Assembly: GCF_006345805.1 (NCBI RefSeq)
Contig: NC_042997.1
Span: forward strand, 173,848,001 to 173,912,000
Direction: 5' to 3'
From: Octopus sinensis
Taxonomy: Eukaryota
DNA: 64,000 nt
Positions within the stretch are counted from its first letter, which is position 1. Each line of letters starts with the position of its first letter. Positions 11,040-24,520 of this stretch are shown here, piece after piece. Below the pieces are notes generated by a model. It did not search any database, had not been told where the DNA came from, and saw only the letters and a program-made list of their open reading frames with translations. The position numbers and the translations under genes are program-made.

Positions 11040-11420
11040 TTATAACGCCGTGCCTTTCTTGGATTCTGATCAGTTATATTTCGTTTTGGATTTGGTTTGC
11101 AAGATTCTTTATATGAGTTCGTGTGTTGAAGCATATTCTGTTGTGTCTGGGGAGAGTCATTTTCTTTTTGCGCCTTATAATGTAACACACTCACCGGTAA
11201 CATTTCCACACGCACACACACACACTGACTCACACACATGCGCACAAACAACAAAAGGGAACGCAGTGTAAATAACGGACAGAGTCAAAACTATTGAAAA
11301 GGTTGCAAGATGCAACAAAAATTTTAGGAAAATAAAAATAAGAAAAAAGTGGAAATTTTACCGCTGAGTGTGTTATATTATAAGGCACAAAAAGAAAATA
11401 ACTCTCCTCAGACAACAGAA
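11040..11420. mobile_element. Fold-back repeat element, homologous to 46400-46745
   Basis: Inverted arms ~11136-11209 and ~11349-11420 around a CA tract; the same segments recur at 46400-46745. Confidence 0.7.
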
Positions 11421-11839
11421 GATCAGTTATATGTTATATTCAACAATATACTACACGACAATATATAAAATTTAGCAGCCTTTTTATTAGTATTAAGCGT
11501 GCATGTTGATAACTGATCGGCAACTAACTTATATATTCATCTATACTGGAACACAAAGTTGACAACATGCTACGGGTGAACCTCCTTGTCAATGCACCTA
11601 GCCGTTTCCTTCGTGTTTTTCTACCCGCCAATACTGGAACAAAAGTGTTTTAGTGGAAGAATATCTCAGTCTTTGTTTGGCTAAGTGGTCTGGCCTGTAA
11701 ACATAGCAGATATGCTCAATCAAGAGAATTTCTCCTGATATTTCATGGAGTTCTGGCTATTTTCTATTTGGGAAGCAGAGGGAAACCTCTAAAGCACAAA
11801 TAATTTTAAATGACGAGTGAAAAGGAAATGAGGAAAGCT

Positions 11840-12030
11840 TCTAACAATACAGAGATGAAAGTTGAAAAACCTTTATATACTTCGGGCGCAAAAGCCCTTC
11901 TTCTGAAGTGTATAGCCTAAGAGATGTGTATCTACGTAGATCTGGCCAGCTATCCAAATGGCAGGAACTACGTAGACACACATTAGACTGTACACTTCTG
12001 AATGTGGGCCTTTGCGTCCGGAAATGTACA
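11840..12030 (-). mobile_element. Penelope-like terminal repeat relic (degenerate minimal HHR-like motif)
   Basis: Minus strand cagaagaagggcttttgcgcccgaagtata resembles CTGAAGAA-GGGC...GCCC-GAAAC but has two core substitutions. Confidence 0.35.
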
Positions 12031-12559
12031 AAGGGTTTTTCAACCGTCATCTCTGCATTGTTTGAAGTTTTCCTAATTTCTCTTTTTCATTAATTATTCT
12101 GCTTCTCTACTACGATGCTTCAAACGAATACAACGCTTTTCTTACAAACTACTTGGATTATATCCTGCTAAGGGACAGTCTCGCTTGATATACTTATCCC
12201 AGTCAACGCTTTTTTTCAGCCTGTAAAATACAGAGCAAGTACTGCTTTCCTTCCCCACTTGTCAAACCCCAAATCTGTAGAATGACAGAAGTAAAACTGG
12301 CTCTTTTACTACTGCTGTTTTATTCATTATCTTTTCCGTAATGTTATAGTAGCAATTGTTGTCGCTATTGATGTTACTGGTGGTATCGCTTTAAATATTT
12401 GTCAAACTCTTCGAAATTCTCTCTTTTCCAATTAGACGGTGATTTAAATGAACATTTTTTTCATTGGATATGTTTATTCTGCTATGCAATTGATTTTTGC
12501 TCAGCTTTGTATGTTGGTGTATTATTTTCCATTTCTTTTTTCTTGAGAGACGTATTCTT

Positions 12560-12761
12560 TTTACTCTTTTAATTGTTTCAGTCATTTGACTGTGACCATG
12601 CAGGAGTACCATCTTTAGTTGAACAAATCGATCCAAGGACTTATTCTTTGTAAGCCTAGTACTGATTCTATCGATCTCTTTGGCCGAACCGCTATGTTAC
12701 GGACACACCAGCATCGGTTGCCAAGCGATGTTGGGGGAGACAAACATATACACATACATAT

Positions 12762-12823
<62 letters not shown>

Positions 12824-13345
12824 ATATATATATATATACATAGAGACGACGGGCTTCTTTCAGTTTCCGTCTAGCAAATTCAATTACAAGGCTTTGGTCG
12901 CTCAGAATATTGACCGGTGTGCTAACGATTCTGCCAGCTCACCGCTTTGATAATGATAATAATAATACTCCTTTCTACTGGAAGAATATGGCCACGAGCG
13001 TGGCGGAGAAAGTAAGTCGATTACATCGACCCAAGTGAGTGACTGGTATTTATTTAATCGACCCCGAAAGAATGAAAGGCAAAGTCGACCTCGGCGGAAT
13101 TTGAACTCAGAACGTAGCGGCAGACGAAATACCTATTTCTTTACTACCCACAAGGGGCTAAACACAGAGAGGACAAGCAAGGACAGACAAACGACCACAG
13201 TGCGTAACTGGTACTTAATTTGCTTCCCAACCACATGGTTCCGGGTTCAGTCGCATCTTGGGCAAGTTTCTTCTACTATAACCTCAGACCAACCAAAAGC
13301 TTTGTGAGTGGATCTGGTAGACGGACACTGAAAGAAGCCCTCGTG
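12560..13345. mobile_element. Cluster of SINE family B (minus), family A (minus) and family B 5' half (plus)
   Basis: Family motifs gacgggcttctttcagtttccgtc, gtcgacctcggcggaatttgaactcagaac and accacatggttccgggttcag. Confidence 0.8.
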
Positions 13346-13367
13346 TATATATATATTTGCAATGTTA

Positions 13368-13954
13368 AATAGCAAGATCGTGTTCGAAATAGAGAGTTAC
13401 TGGAGAGGTGTGAGATCACTGGTATTGAAACATTTTTGATTAAGATACAAATGCGGTGGTCTGGTCATCCAAAGCTTATTTATGGGCAATTGACAAATTC
13501 TTCCCGTCCAACAGGGCGTCCTCTTCTTCGTTACAAGGTCAAACTAAAAGATAATCTGAAGCGTTGTGACATTGCTCTGAGCTCCTGGGAGAGTGCAGCA
13601 GGGGATCGCAGCAAATGGAGGAAAATGTGTTTTCTAAAGACTAGAGAATTTGAAAGTAACCGTCTTCGTCATAGGGACGCCCTTCGTGCAAATTTGAAAG
13701 CAATGTATCATCAGCAAAATCCACCAAACAATGACTGTGTGTGTCACTGTGGGTTTAAAGCACGAAGCTAAGCTGGGTTAGCTGTCCACTCGAGAAGACA
13801 TTTTGAACCAATGAATACATGCAGGTGTACCATTTGCGAGAAAGTGTGCAAGACATCTGCTGGATTGAAGGTACACATGCGGTGTCACAAGGCTTAGGAA
13901 TTGTTGAAGGTTATTTACTGAACCCTCATTCATCGTCTTCGATGAGAGAATCCA

Positions 13955-13958
<4 letters not shown>
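13368..13958 (+). pseudogene. RTE-clade LINE, 3' fragment of ORF2 plus 3' UTR
   Basis: ...IETFLIKIQMRWSGH..IYGQL...GRPLLRYKVKLKDNLKRC...WESAAGDRSKWRK, then Cys/His zinc-finger remnants and tail tcatcgtcttcgatgagagaatccacca. Confidence 0.85.
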
Positions 13959-13988
<30 letters not shown>

Positions 13989-14399
13989 CACCTCTAACCC
14001 CACCCTCCACCTACCCACAACCCCCACTCTACCCCAACCCCCAGCTGAACCCACACCCACCTGTGCTTTCCCTTTTGTCGCCTCCCCCACCTCCCCACAA
14101 CATCACACCACACTACACTACACCATACAACATTACACATCACGTCACAACACACCACCCACATACCCATCCCCACATCTCCACACCCACACATACATAC
14201 ATACACACGTCCAGACCACCAGCTCTCTTTCACACGCACATACATACTCTCTTATACACACACGCACCTTTGTGTTGGGGGCACCTTCGTACTGGAAGTC
14301 ACTTGACCCTCTTATCTCCCCTACTGTCCCTCTCGCGTCTGACAACTGTCCGAAGTCAGGACGCCATGATAGTTCGTTAGCTCTTACACGCATTTTTTT

Positions 14400-14569
14400 C
14401 TCTCCTTGTTTCTCTCCTTGTTTTTTTTTTTTGTGTATCTTTCTGTCGAAGAGCGTAGGCTCGAAACGTAAATGACTTTTTCTGTTTCTATTCCTGAGCG
14501 CTATACTAATACATTTGTTTGTTTGTACTCCACCTGCCTTCGTCTTTTGTTTATTTTCGTAAACTTTCC

Positions 14570-14572
<3 letters not shown>
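14400..14572 (+). mobile_element. Penelope-like terminal repeat fragment, homologous to 61304-61480
   Basis: gaagagcgtaggctcgaaacgta...ttcgtcttttgttt ends at a (TA)n tract; an inverted homolog is at 61304-61480. Confidence 0.5.
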
Positions 14573-14619
<47 letters not shown>

Positions 14620-15117
14620 TGTATCAGTTTGTGTCTTTGTGTTTGCTCCCCACCCCACCGCTCGATAACCGCTGTTGGTGTGTACGCATCTCCGTAACTT
14701 AGCGGTTCGGCAATTAAGAGCGATAGAATAAGTACCAGACTTAAACAAAAAAAAAAGAAAGAAAGAAAGAAAAAAGAAAGAAGAAAATGTAAGTACTGGG
14801 AACGATTCATTTAACTAATGATTCAAGTCCAATGACTGAAACAGATAAAAGAATAGCTGACCTTGACACGGCTTTGAACTCAGAACATGAAAACCTGGAA
14901 TTATATATTGAAACGCATATTTCCAACATGTTAAGGATTCCGCCAGCTTACCCACCCCGAATTAGTAATAGCAATTGGCGGCGTCGGCAGCAGTGGTAGC
15001 GTCTCATAAGTGAACTGTTGCTTTGAATGGAAGTGTTCTTTGGGTAATTTCTTTGTCGACCTTAGAAATGCCTTCGTTGACCTTTGGTATCTGCCTACAC
15101 CCACTCCTACCACTGAC

Positions 15118-15214
15118 ATCACCACCACCACCACCACCACCATCACCACCACAACTTCCAACATCGCTACCCCTAATCCACCCCCTCACCGTTACCATAG
15201 ACACAAAAGCTAGA

Positions 15215-15270
<56 letters not shown>

Positions 15271-15310
15271 CGCCGCCGCCACCACCGCCACCACCATTAC
15301 TACTACTAGA
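15118..15310. repeat. Compound trinucleotide repeats (ACC/ACT/GCT/GCC)
   Basis: Direct inspection. Confidence 0.9.
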
Positions 15311-15735
15311 ATATTAAGCATGCAGGTCAGCATGTCGCTAATGATGGATATTGTATCTAATGATAGTCACACATCATTATAAAGCTATTCCCTCTCATTA
15401 CGAGCCCCGACCAAAAGCATGTAGAGTCAAAGTCCACATCAGCATCGTATGAAGATCAATTGACGTCAACTCCCCACATTACCATTCCATTGCTGCCACC
15501 ACTTAATTATTGCGACATTTTCGAAAATTCCAACGAACCAGTCTCCAAATGGCTGTTCAACTGACAAGAAATAACAATCAAATATCTCTAAGAGAACACC
15601 AAGTCATCTTAAAACGGGAAGGACATTTAGGTTAGTGTAGCTCTCTATATATAGAGAAAATAGATAAAATGGTTGTAGCCGGAATTCCTTTCATCATACC
15701 CCTGCTTTAATCGTGGGGTCGAACAGTAGCAGTAG

Positions 15736-16065
15736 TGGAGGCGCCATGGCCCAATGGTTAGGGCAGCGGACTCGCGGTCGGAGGATCGCGGTTTCGATTC
15801 CCAGACCGGGCGTTATTGAGCGAAAACACCTAAAGGTCCACAAGGCTCCGACAGGGGTGGTGGCGACCCCTGTTGTACTCTTTCGCTCCAACTTTCTCTC
15901 ACTCTTTCTTCCTGTTTCTTGTCCCCGACTTCCTACGCAACCGCTGAGCTTGGATGCGTATTCATTCATCCGTCGATGCTCTCGGCGTCGGGGGTTGACC
16001 TGCTTTCTCTTCTGCTGCGGATCTTACGAATAGCAAAGGACCACGTTTCGGACTTCTACCATCTT
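15736..16065 (+). mobile_element. tRNA-derived SINE family C
   Basis: A box tggcccaatgg, B box gtttcgattcc; homologous to 45828-46125. Confidence 0.85.
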
Positions 16066-16575
16066 GCGAGCTCTGGGACGAAGACCGTTCGCTCAACTGC
16101 AACAGCAACAGCAGCAGTAACAATGACGACGACGTTAATAGCGACTCTGTTCGACCGTATTATCACAATAATGCCCGACGAGTATGAGTAAAGAGATGTC
16201 CGAATGCAACTGAAATATGTCCGTTTGCTTTAAGCGATAAGCGACAAGAATCACTCCAATCTGTTTTGTCTTTATTTTGCACAAGTTTTAAGTACCTAAG
16301 GGCATTCCTTCGATATAACTCAACAAAATCAAAGCATTTCAATTCGGGTATTTCCGTGGGTTGTGGAGTATATATATAACGAATTATGCCAGCAATGTTT
16401 CATTTTAAACTTGAAGAAAAAAGCCTTGCATATTTGTTCTTACCTGTTTGATGTGTGTATGTAAAATCCGCAAATTTCCAAGCAGAAAATTTCCAAGCCG
16501 AAGTGAAATGTTTTGATTTTGTCGAGTTATATCGAAGGAATGTCCACCTAAGTTTATGAGACTTAGCTCCCTTGC

Positions 16576-16623
<48 letters not shown>

Positions 16624-16789
16624 TTTACCGAGTCCGAGCAGCCCCAAAGGAGGCTTTCTTATAACATTTGCATCAATAACTTAGTTAAGTGAAGATTTTT
16701 CAGTTCATTAATTAAATCTGCATGAAGACGAGTAACCTAGTGGTTAAGGGATTTTTCAGCATATCCTCTAAGATTGTCAAGAAGGCTGA

Positions 16790-17190
16790 GAGTATCCTAG
16801 TTTCAATTTGTTAGCCGCTCACCAGCTATCTATTTAAAATTTTATATGACAATGGTACGTTTACACTTAAAATTTGCATCATCAGTCTGGTGCCCCTATC
16901 TTGCACAGCATATAAATCTGGAAACTGTTCAGAAACGTGCAACAAAACGAGTACCCGCCGTCAGGAAGCTACCATACTCTGAACGTCTTGCTCCCCGGGA
17001 CATGGATACATTTAAGCTCAGACGTCTGGCAACTGAGTTGGTAGACACCCACAAGAATTCCATATGCCAAACACTCGAGGACAAGCTCACAAAATCAAAA
17101 AACAACACAGTACACTGACTTTCGGACACAATTTTTCACGCTCAGAATTGTTGAAGCGTGGAATAAACTACCCGTATCAGTTGAGACACT
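16790..17190 (+). pseudogene. CR1-clade LINE reverse-transcriptase C-terminal fragment
   Basis: MVRLHLKFASSVWCPY...LETVQKRATKRVPAVRKLPYSERL...TRG..HK...WNKLP, with frameshifts. Confidence 0.85.
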
Positions 17191-17642
17191 ACATCCTTCA
17201 AAACACGCACATGTGTATGTGTGTGTGTGCGACGGGCTTCTTTCAGTTTCCGTGTACCTAAATCCACTCACAAAGCTTTGGTTGACTCGAAGCTATAGCA
17301 GAAGATACTTGCCCATGGTGCCACGCAGTAGGACTGAACCCGGAACCATGTGGTTGGAAACCAAACTTTCTACCACACAGCTACACTTGCGCCTATGTAT
17401 ATATTGAGAGACTGACCGACACACAAGTAATATATATATATATATATATATATTATATAATTAGGGCTTAGTAAAATAAAATTACTTTGCCACATACTGA
17501 ACTTAGTAGAAATAGCAGCCAAAAAAAATTTTTCTTAGCATTTCTACTACTTAAAGAAAATTTCTCTCAGATAATGTTTACTCCAGACAGCTCACGAAGG
17601 TTTGGGGGTAAATACAGAAAAATATCACAAGTACATAGATCG

Positions 17643-17705
17643 TTTGAGTACGTCAACGTTTCAAGATTAGCCAAATAAAATCAGCATTTCTTTCGTCAGC
17701 TCAAA
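17643..17705 (-). ncRNA. Type I hammerhead ribozyme (left arm)
   Basis: Reverse complement of the 18470-18532 motif. Confidence 0.8.
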
Positions 17706-18469
17706 ATTTCTTAATTTGGATTTGGAAACACTAAAAAGAAGGAACTTTACCTATCAGCGAACTTGTCGTTTCAGATGAACCACTCCAACTAAACAGTGTC
17801 AACAAATTCAAAATGCGCAGGCGTAAAATTCTGCACTCCCCATTCCACCCACGTGGTCTATCTAGCAAACATTATATTTTAACCGCGAGAACCGAGGCAG
17901 TATGACCGAGAGAAATGAATTATAATATCAACAATTGAGGGTAAAATAATTAATTAATCAATTTCACCAAGTGTTCAGTATGTAAAAGGACCATTTAAGG
18001 CGAATTCAAAATATTACATTATATAATTAGGGCTTAGTAAAATAAAATTACTTTGCCACATACTGAACTTAGTAGAAATAGCAGCCCAAAAAAATTTTTC
18101 TTAGCATTTCTACTACTTAAAGAAAATTTCTCTCAGATAAGCCCTAATTATATAATGTAATATTTTGAATTCGCCTTAAATTGTCCTTTTACATACTGAA
18201 CACTTGGTGAAATTGATTAATTAATTAATTTTACCCTCAATTGTTGATATTATAATTCATTTCTCTCGGTCATACTGCCTCGGTTCTCGCGGTTAAAATA
18301 TAATGTTTGCTAGATAGACCACGTGGGTGGAATGGGGAGTGCAGAATTTTACGCCTGCGCATTTTGAATTTGTTGACACTGTTTAGTTGGAGTGGTTCAT
18401 CTGAAACGACAAGTTCGCTGATAGGTAAAGTTCCTTCTTTTTAGTGTTTCCAAATCCAAATTAAGAAAT

Positions 18470-18532
18470 TTTGAGCTGACGAAAGAAATGCTGATTTTAT
18501 TTGGCTAATCTTGAAACGTTGACGTACTCAAA
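18470..18532 (+). ncRNA. Type I hammerhead ribozyme (right arm; cleavage after 18526)
   Basis: TTTGAG-CTGACGA-AAGA...TCTT-GAAAC-GTTGAC-GTA-CTCAAA: 6-bp helix I, 4-bp helix II base, near-palindromic helix III. Confidence 0.8.
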
Positions 18533-18814
18533 CGATCTATGTACTTGTGATATTTTTCTGTATTTACCCCCAAACCTTCGTGAGCTGTCTGGAGTAAACA
18601 TTATCTGAGAGAAATTTTCTTTAAGTAGTAGAAATGCTAAGAAAAAAATTTTTTTGGCTGCTATTTCTACTAAGTTCAGTATGTGGCAAAGTAATTTTAT
18701 TTTACTAAGCCCAAATTATATAATGTAATATTTTGAATTCGCCTTAAATGGTCCTTTTACATACTGAACACCTGTGAAATTGATTAATTAATTAATTTTA
18801 CCCTCAATTGTTGA

Positions 18815-18851
18815 TATATATATATATATTATATATATATATATTATTATA

Positions 18852-18945
<94 letters not shown>

Positions 18946-18955
18946 TATATACATA
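18815..18955. repeat. Long (TA)n tract
   Basis: Direct inspection. Confidence 0.95.
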
Positions 18956-20074
18956 GGTTTATATATAACGTTATGGGACACATTCACATAAGCAGTTCTT
19001 ACTTCTATAAAAATGCAAGTTAGACTAATACATAAATGGATTTACACAGGTAGATAGAAACAACGAAATATAGATATATATGTACAGATGATGCAAATAT
19101 ATTAATGCTGATATAGAATATAAAATTATCGTCATATCGATGAAACTTAAGGAAGTAGAAGAAAAGGGAGAAGAAAAAAATACAATTCAATAATCATTTA
19201 TACTTTCTGCTTTATTTTCATCTTTACTTATCTTTTCGTATTTTTATGTATGTTTTTATTTCGCTTTTACGTTTGTTTGCTGGCATTTTCTCGATCGGTG
19301 AGAGAATACTGGAGTAGAACTATGCTTCGCTGATGGACTTTTCACGGTTCACTTCCTAGCCGTCTGGGAGCAGCTAGCGTTAAAATGAAGGCACTCGTTC
19401 TAATCAAAGTTAAGCGAAGCTATTTCACGGTATTGCTTAGATTAGATTGATATTTTCGGTATTGCAGTATTTTAAAAATATATGAATTCAAGCGAGTTGT
19501 GGGGAAAGAAAGCATTACTTGCTCTGTATTGAAATGAATAAGCTAAAGAATATATAGATAAACAAATAAATCAGTAAATAAATAAACAAATATATAAAAT
19601 ATATTACAGGATCTATAGAATTCTTAGTATGATATTGTATCATTGAAATAGTAATTTTAGCTTTGGCACGAGAAAACAAATTTGGAGGAGGGTGGATATA
19701 GACGATTAGATTGATCTCAGCATTTGCAGACTGGCACTCGTATTATTGACCTCTTCCACCTCCCACTGGAAGGATTGGTTATAGAATTTGTAATGACAGA
19801 ATATGAACATAGATCGTAAACGGACGTAAATAAATAACACAAAATATACCGTCAAGCTCTCTGGTGAATTCTAACTATGTACCGGAGTTTGTTTCGCCTT
19901 TCTACTAATTCCATAATTTTTCCACCATTTTCCTACCAGTTCTGCCAAGCTACCGTTACCTTGTGCATCGTTCTACCAAGTCTATCAATCCACCGCCGTT
20001 TTTTCGTTGCTCTAGCAATATTGCAAACCTTACCGCATGAATAACAGTAACAGTAATGGTTTACAATATGTTGT

Positions 20075-20290
20075 TGGTTGGCATCTTTTTTGTGTCGGGA
20101 GACAATGGAGTTGCGCATAAAGTAGTCTAGTCCGGCTTTTACATTTCATGTCCTGATACATTTCTTGCTGTGGCTGTATAGTCCTAACCTGGACAAACAC
20201 TCCCTCTGGCAGGTACCGCAAATGTAGCGAAGACTGTTCGTGGCTGGTTGTAATGCCATAGTTTCTTGATGACGTCTTTTCTTGTCTTTC
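20075..20290 (-). pseudogene. RTE-clade LINE extreme 3' fragment
   Basis: Minus frame ...YICGTCQRECLSRLGLYSHSKKC* then tail ccattgtctcccgacacaaaaagatgccaaccaacaac. Confidence 0.75.
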
Positions 20291-20594
20291 CATTTCTCCT
20301 TACTCTCTGTCACTCCTTTGTATTCCCTCTCTTACGGTACGTCGCCAGTCTCCAGTCTCCAGTTTACAATATATGGTCATAGTTACTACATTTTAGGGTG
20401 GAAGAGCAGAATTAGTAGGGGTAGTGTGAAATAATTAATTAGATTTACGTTGCACAAGGAAGTACACTATGGTACAGAAATTGCTCATTCAAAATTTTAA
20501 ATAGACCACAGTGATATATGCGTTTATTTCTCTCTCTCTCTCTTTACTTGTGTATGCATGTATGCATGTATGTATGTACGAATGTATGTATATA

Positions 20595-21860
20595 CCTATG
20601 TATATGTACACACACACGCGTGCGCAAGCATACACATATGTGTGTGTGAAAGAACACAAATTAAGTTTAAAAATTACTACAGCTGTTTCGGTACAACATT
20701 ACTGATGTATTCATGCATTACATCCAAACATATAATCTACCATCGTGAGGTGAAATTTCAAACAGGTGGGATAATAACTTGATTATGACAATTCTTACTT
20801 CTTTATTGCCCATAAGGGGCTAAACATAGAGGGAACAAACAAGGACAGACAGAGGGATTAAGTGGATTACATCGACCCCAGTCCGTAACTGGTACTTAAT
20901 TTATCGGTCCTGAAAGGATGAAAGGCAAAGTCGACCTCGGCGGAATTTGAACTCAGAACGTTACGGCAGACGAAATACGGCGACGTATTTCGCCCGGTGT
21001 GCTAACGTTTCTGCCAGCTCGCCGCCTTACCTATGTATATGTACACACACACGCGTGCGCGAGCACACACATATGTGTGTGTGTGAAAGAACACAAATTG
21101 AGTTTAAAAATTACTACAGCTGTTTCGGTACAACATTATTGATGTATTCATGCATTACATCCAAACATATAATCTACCATCGTGAGGTGAAATTTCAAAC
21201 AGGTGGGATAATAACTTGATTATGACAATTCTTACTTCTTTATTGCCCATAAGGGGCTAAACATAGAGGGAACAAACAAGGACAGACAAAGGGATTAAGT
21301 GGATTACATCGACCCCAGTCCGTAACTGGTACTTAATTTATCGGTCCTGAAAGGATGAAAGGCAAAGTCGACCTCGGCGGAATTTGAACTCAGAACGTAA
21401 CGGCAGACGAAATACGGCGACGTATTTCGCCCGGTGTGCTAACGTTTCTGCCAGCTCGCCGCCTTACCTATGTATATGTACACACACACGCGTGCGCAAG
21501 CACACACATATGTGTGTGTGTGAAAGAACACAAATTGAGTTTAAAAATTACTACAGCTGTTTCGGTACAACATTATTGATGTATTCATGCATTACATCCA
21601 AACATATAATCTACCATCGTGAGGTGAAATTTCAAACAGGTGGGATAATAACTTGATTATGACAATTCTTACTTCTTTATTGCCCATAAGGGGCTAAACA
21701 TAGAGGAACAAACAAAGACAGACAAAGGGATTAAGTGGATTACATCGACCCCAGTGCGTAACTGGTACTTAATTTATCGGCCCCGAAAGGATGAAAGGCA
21801 AAGTCGACCTCGGCGGAATTTGAACTCAGAACGTAACAGCAGACGAAATACCTATTTCTT
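20595..21860. repeat. Near-identical tandem triplication, unit ~436 bp, including a SINE family A
   Basis: cctatgtatatgtacacacacacgcgtgcgc at 20595, 21030 and 21467. Confidence 0.9.
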
Positions 21861-22085
21861 TACTACCCGCAAGGCACTAAACATAGAGGGGACAAAAATG
21901 GACAGACAAACGGATTAAGTCGATTATATCGACCCCAGTGCGTAACTGGTACGTAATTTATCGACCCCGAAAGGATGAAAGGCAAAGTCGACCTCGGCGG
22001 AATTTGAACTCAGAACGTAGCGGCAGACGAAATTCCGGTAAAACATTTCGCCCGGCGTGCTTAACGTTTCTGCCAGCTCGCCGCG
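21670..22085 (-). mobile_element. tRNA-derived SINE family A with tandemly reiterated 3' modules
   Basis: Minus head ggcgagctggcagaaacgtt...gttctgagttcaaattccgccgaggtcgac, repeated. Confidence 0.85.
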
Positions 22086-22499
22086 CTTGTAACGAAAGTA
22101 AAATTGGCAAGACTGAGACAAGGTGGGTGGGTGGGGGGGACAAAAAACAATCAGACGAAGGTTAACAATAGCAATATCTAAATCATCTTAAACAAAGAAA
22201 TATAAAAATAAAACAAAATAAAACAAAATAACGATCTGTAAACTAACATTTGTGTTTATGGAACAATTCAAAACATAAATTGGACCACTTAAAGTAGAAA
22301 ATAGAAAGAAACGTCTTTTATTTGTTCTTAGAAAACCTCCCCTCCCACCTCTGTCTTACTCTTCTATTAGCCATTACCCCTCTTTAGTCCTCGTCTTCTT
22401 TGAATTTCTTTATTCACAATATGATTATCTGCAATAAAATATCCACTCCCATATGCTATCATCCCTTGTTGCTTCTTCTCTTTTTTCTTACCCCTCCGC

Positions 22500-22601
22500 C
22501 CCTCTCTCTCTCTCTCTCCTTTGTGTGTGTATGTGCATGTACGTACCTGTATCTGTGTTTATGTACACACACACACAAAACACACACACATACACACACA
22601 A

Positions 22602-22658
<57 letters not shown>

Positions 22659-23237
22659 TGCAAGTACTTAGATTTGCATATACGCATAAACAGACAGATT
22701 ACGTAGGTGGGTACACATACACACACAAACACATATATACACACATATATATATATATACACATATGTGCAAGTACATACATATACGTAAACAGACAGAT
22801 TACGTTGGTGGGTATCTATTTTCGCATGTTAGATTTGTACATGGGTGTGTGTGTGTGTGTATGTGTGTGTGTGCGCGAGTGTGTGTTTGTATATGCTCAT
22901 ATGTGAGTGTATATGCTTGTATGTTTATTTTTATATTTACTTCGCAAGATTCTTGAAGTCAGATGACCCTTGCAAAGTACAATTATCATATATGCATGTA
23001 TGTATGTGTATATGCATGTATATATGTATATGCATCTATGTATACATGTATGCGTAAACAAATATTAGTACTTTACACTGACAGGCATACACACATGCAT
23101 GCATACATCTGTATGTACGTGAGTGTGTGTGTGAGTGTTTATGTGTGCATGTACGTCAGAATGCATGTGTTTGTGTGCTTGCTTGTGTGTTTGTGTGATG
23201 TGATGTGTGTGTGTGTGTGGTGTGTGTGGTGTGTGTG

Positions 23238-23280
<43 letters not shown>
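22500..23280. repeat. Compound CT/CA/TA/TG microsatellite region
   Basis: Direct inspection. Confidence 0.9.
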
Positions 23281-24029
23281 GAAGAAGAAAAATAGTAAAA
23301 ATATTCATCAGAACGGCAAGAATTGGAAAAGAATAAAGCAAAGAAGGAAAAATTATATATGAATGAAAGTAAAATCAAAAACTACACAAAAGGAGAAAAG
23401 AATTAAAGGGGAAAAAATAAGAAAAAAAAAAAGAAAGGAGGAAAAGGAAGTTAAGAAAGAAGTAAGAAATATTATTAAAGACAAAAATGAATGAATAACA
23501 ACAACAAGAACAAAAAAAAACAATGTAAGAAGAGAAACAATAGATGCAAATAGGGTAAATTTCTCGTCATTCCGATGCAGGCACAATACAAAGTATTTGA
23601 GATTGTTTGACAGCCGTCAGAAGCTATTTACATTTGTACAATTAAGAAAAGATTTTTGAAAAAATAGGAAGAAAGTCTAAAGACTGACATCAAAGTCAGG
23701 TGGGGGCAAAAGCAAAAAAAAATAAATAAAAACCAACAAAAAAATGCAGAAAAATAAGGGAGAAAGAAAGAAATAGAGAGAAGGGGAGAGGGAAAGAGGG
23801 AGGGAGTGGAAGGAGTATATGGAAGCATATACAGATATAAAATAAAATTCATAAATGAAAACAATGCAAGGGAAAACAAAAAAAAAGAAACAAAAAAAAA
23901 CAATTCTTCACAGACGTAAATAACGATAGAACAGGTAAGGTTAAGATTTGATTTTGGCTTTTTATTAATATGTTTTTTTAGAACACGCATGCGTACGTAC
24001 ACAAACTGATATGTATGAACGTCTGTCTG

Positions 24030-24072
<43 letters not shown>

Positions 24073-24325
24073 TAAGTGTGTGTGTGTGTGTGTATCTATA
24101 TATGTATGTATATATATATATATATGTGTGTGTGTGAGTGTATTTTGCTGTTATTTAAACATAGGAACGAATTATATCTCACTTTTGATTTGCTCTCCAA
24201 AATATTTTGCTCCTTTTAATGTACCTTTCGACGTTAGGGTTTTCTATCCTTATATTTCGTGTCTTAATATTGACATATAAGAAAGTATAACCGAAAGTAA
24301 TGAATAAGTGGGTATAACTTATTTA

Positions 24326-24520
24326 TCTATTATATAAAATCGTTCTGTTTGTCTGTGTGTGTGTCTTCTAGGATCTCGGGCATCCTCCATCCGATTGCAC
24401 TCAAATTTGATATGTAGATACCGACGGTATCAGGGCGTGTATAAGTCTTGAAATAATTACAAAAATCGATTCCAGGTGAGAATGCGATCGTAAAGCCGTT
24501 TTTGTCTTGCTTTTCTTCCG
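24326..24520 (+). mobile_element. Possible Helitron-like 5' end fragment
   Basis: A|TCTATTATATAAAA...gtctgtgtgtgtgtc...ccgattgcactcaaatttg; no 3' end found. Confidence 0.4.

Larger units (their letters stand above)
17452..18815. mobile_element. 566-bp tandem-unit HHR element as a head-to-head inverted pair (about 1.2 units per arm) between (TA)n tracts
   Basis: ttagggcttagtaaa at 17461 and 18027 (period 566); the strand switches at 18140/18141. Confidence 0.85.

Noticed and set aside
12140-12225. Possible minus-strand exon LKKSVDWDKYIKRDCPLAGYNP after tttacag
   Set aside because: It is short, has no recognisable homology and no partner exons; unsupported without RNA data.
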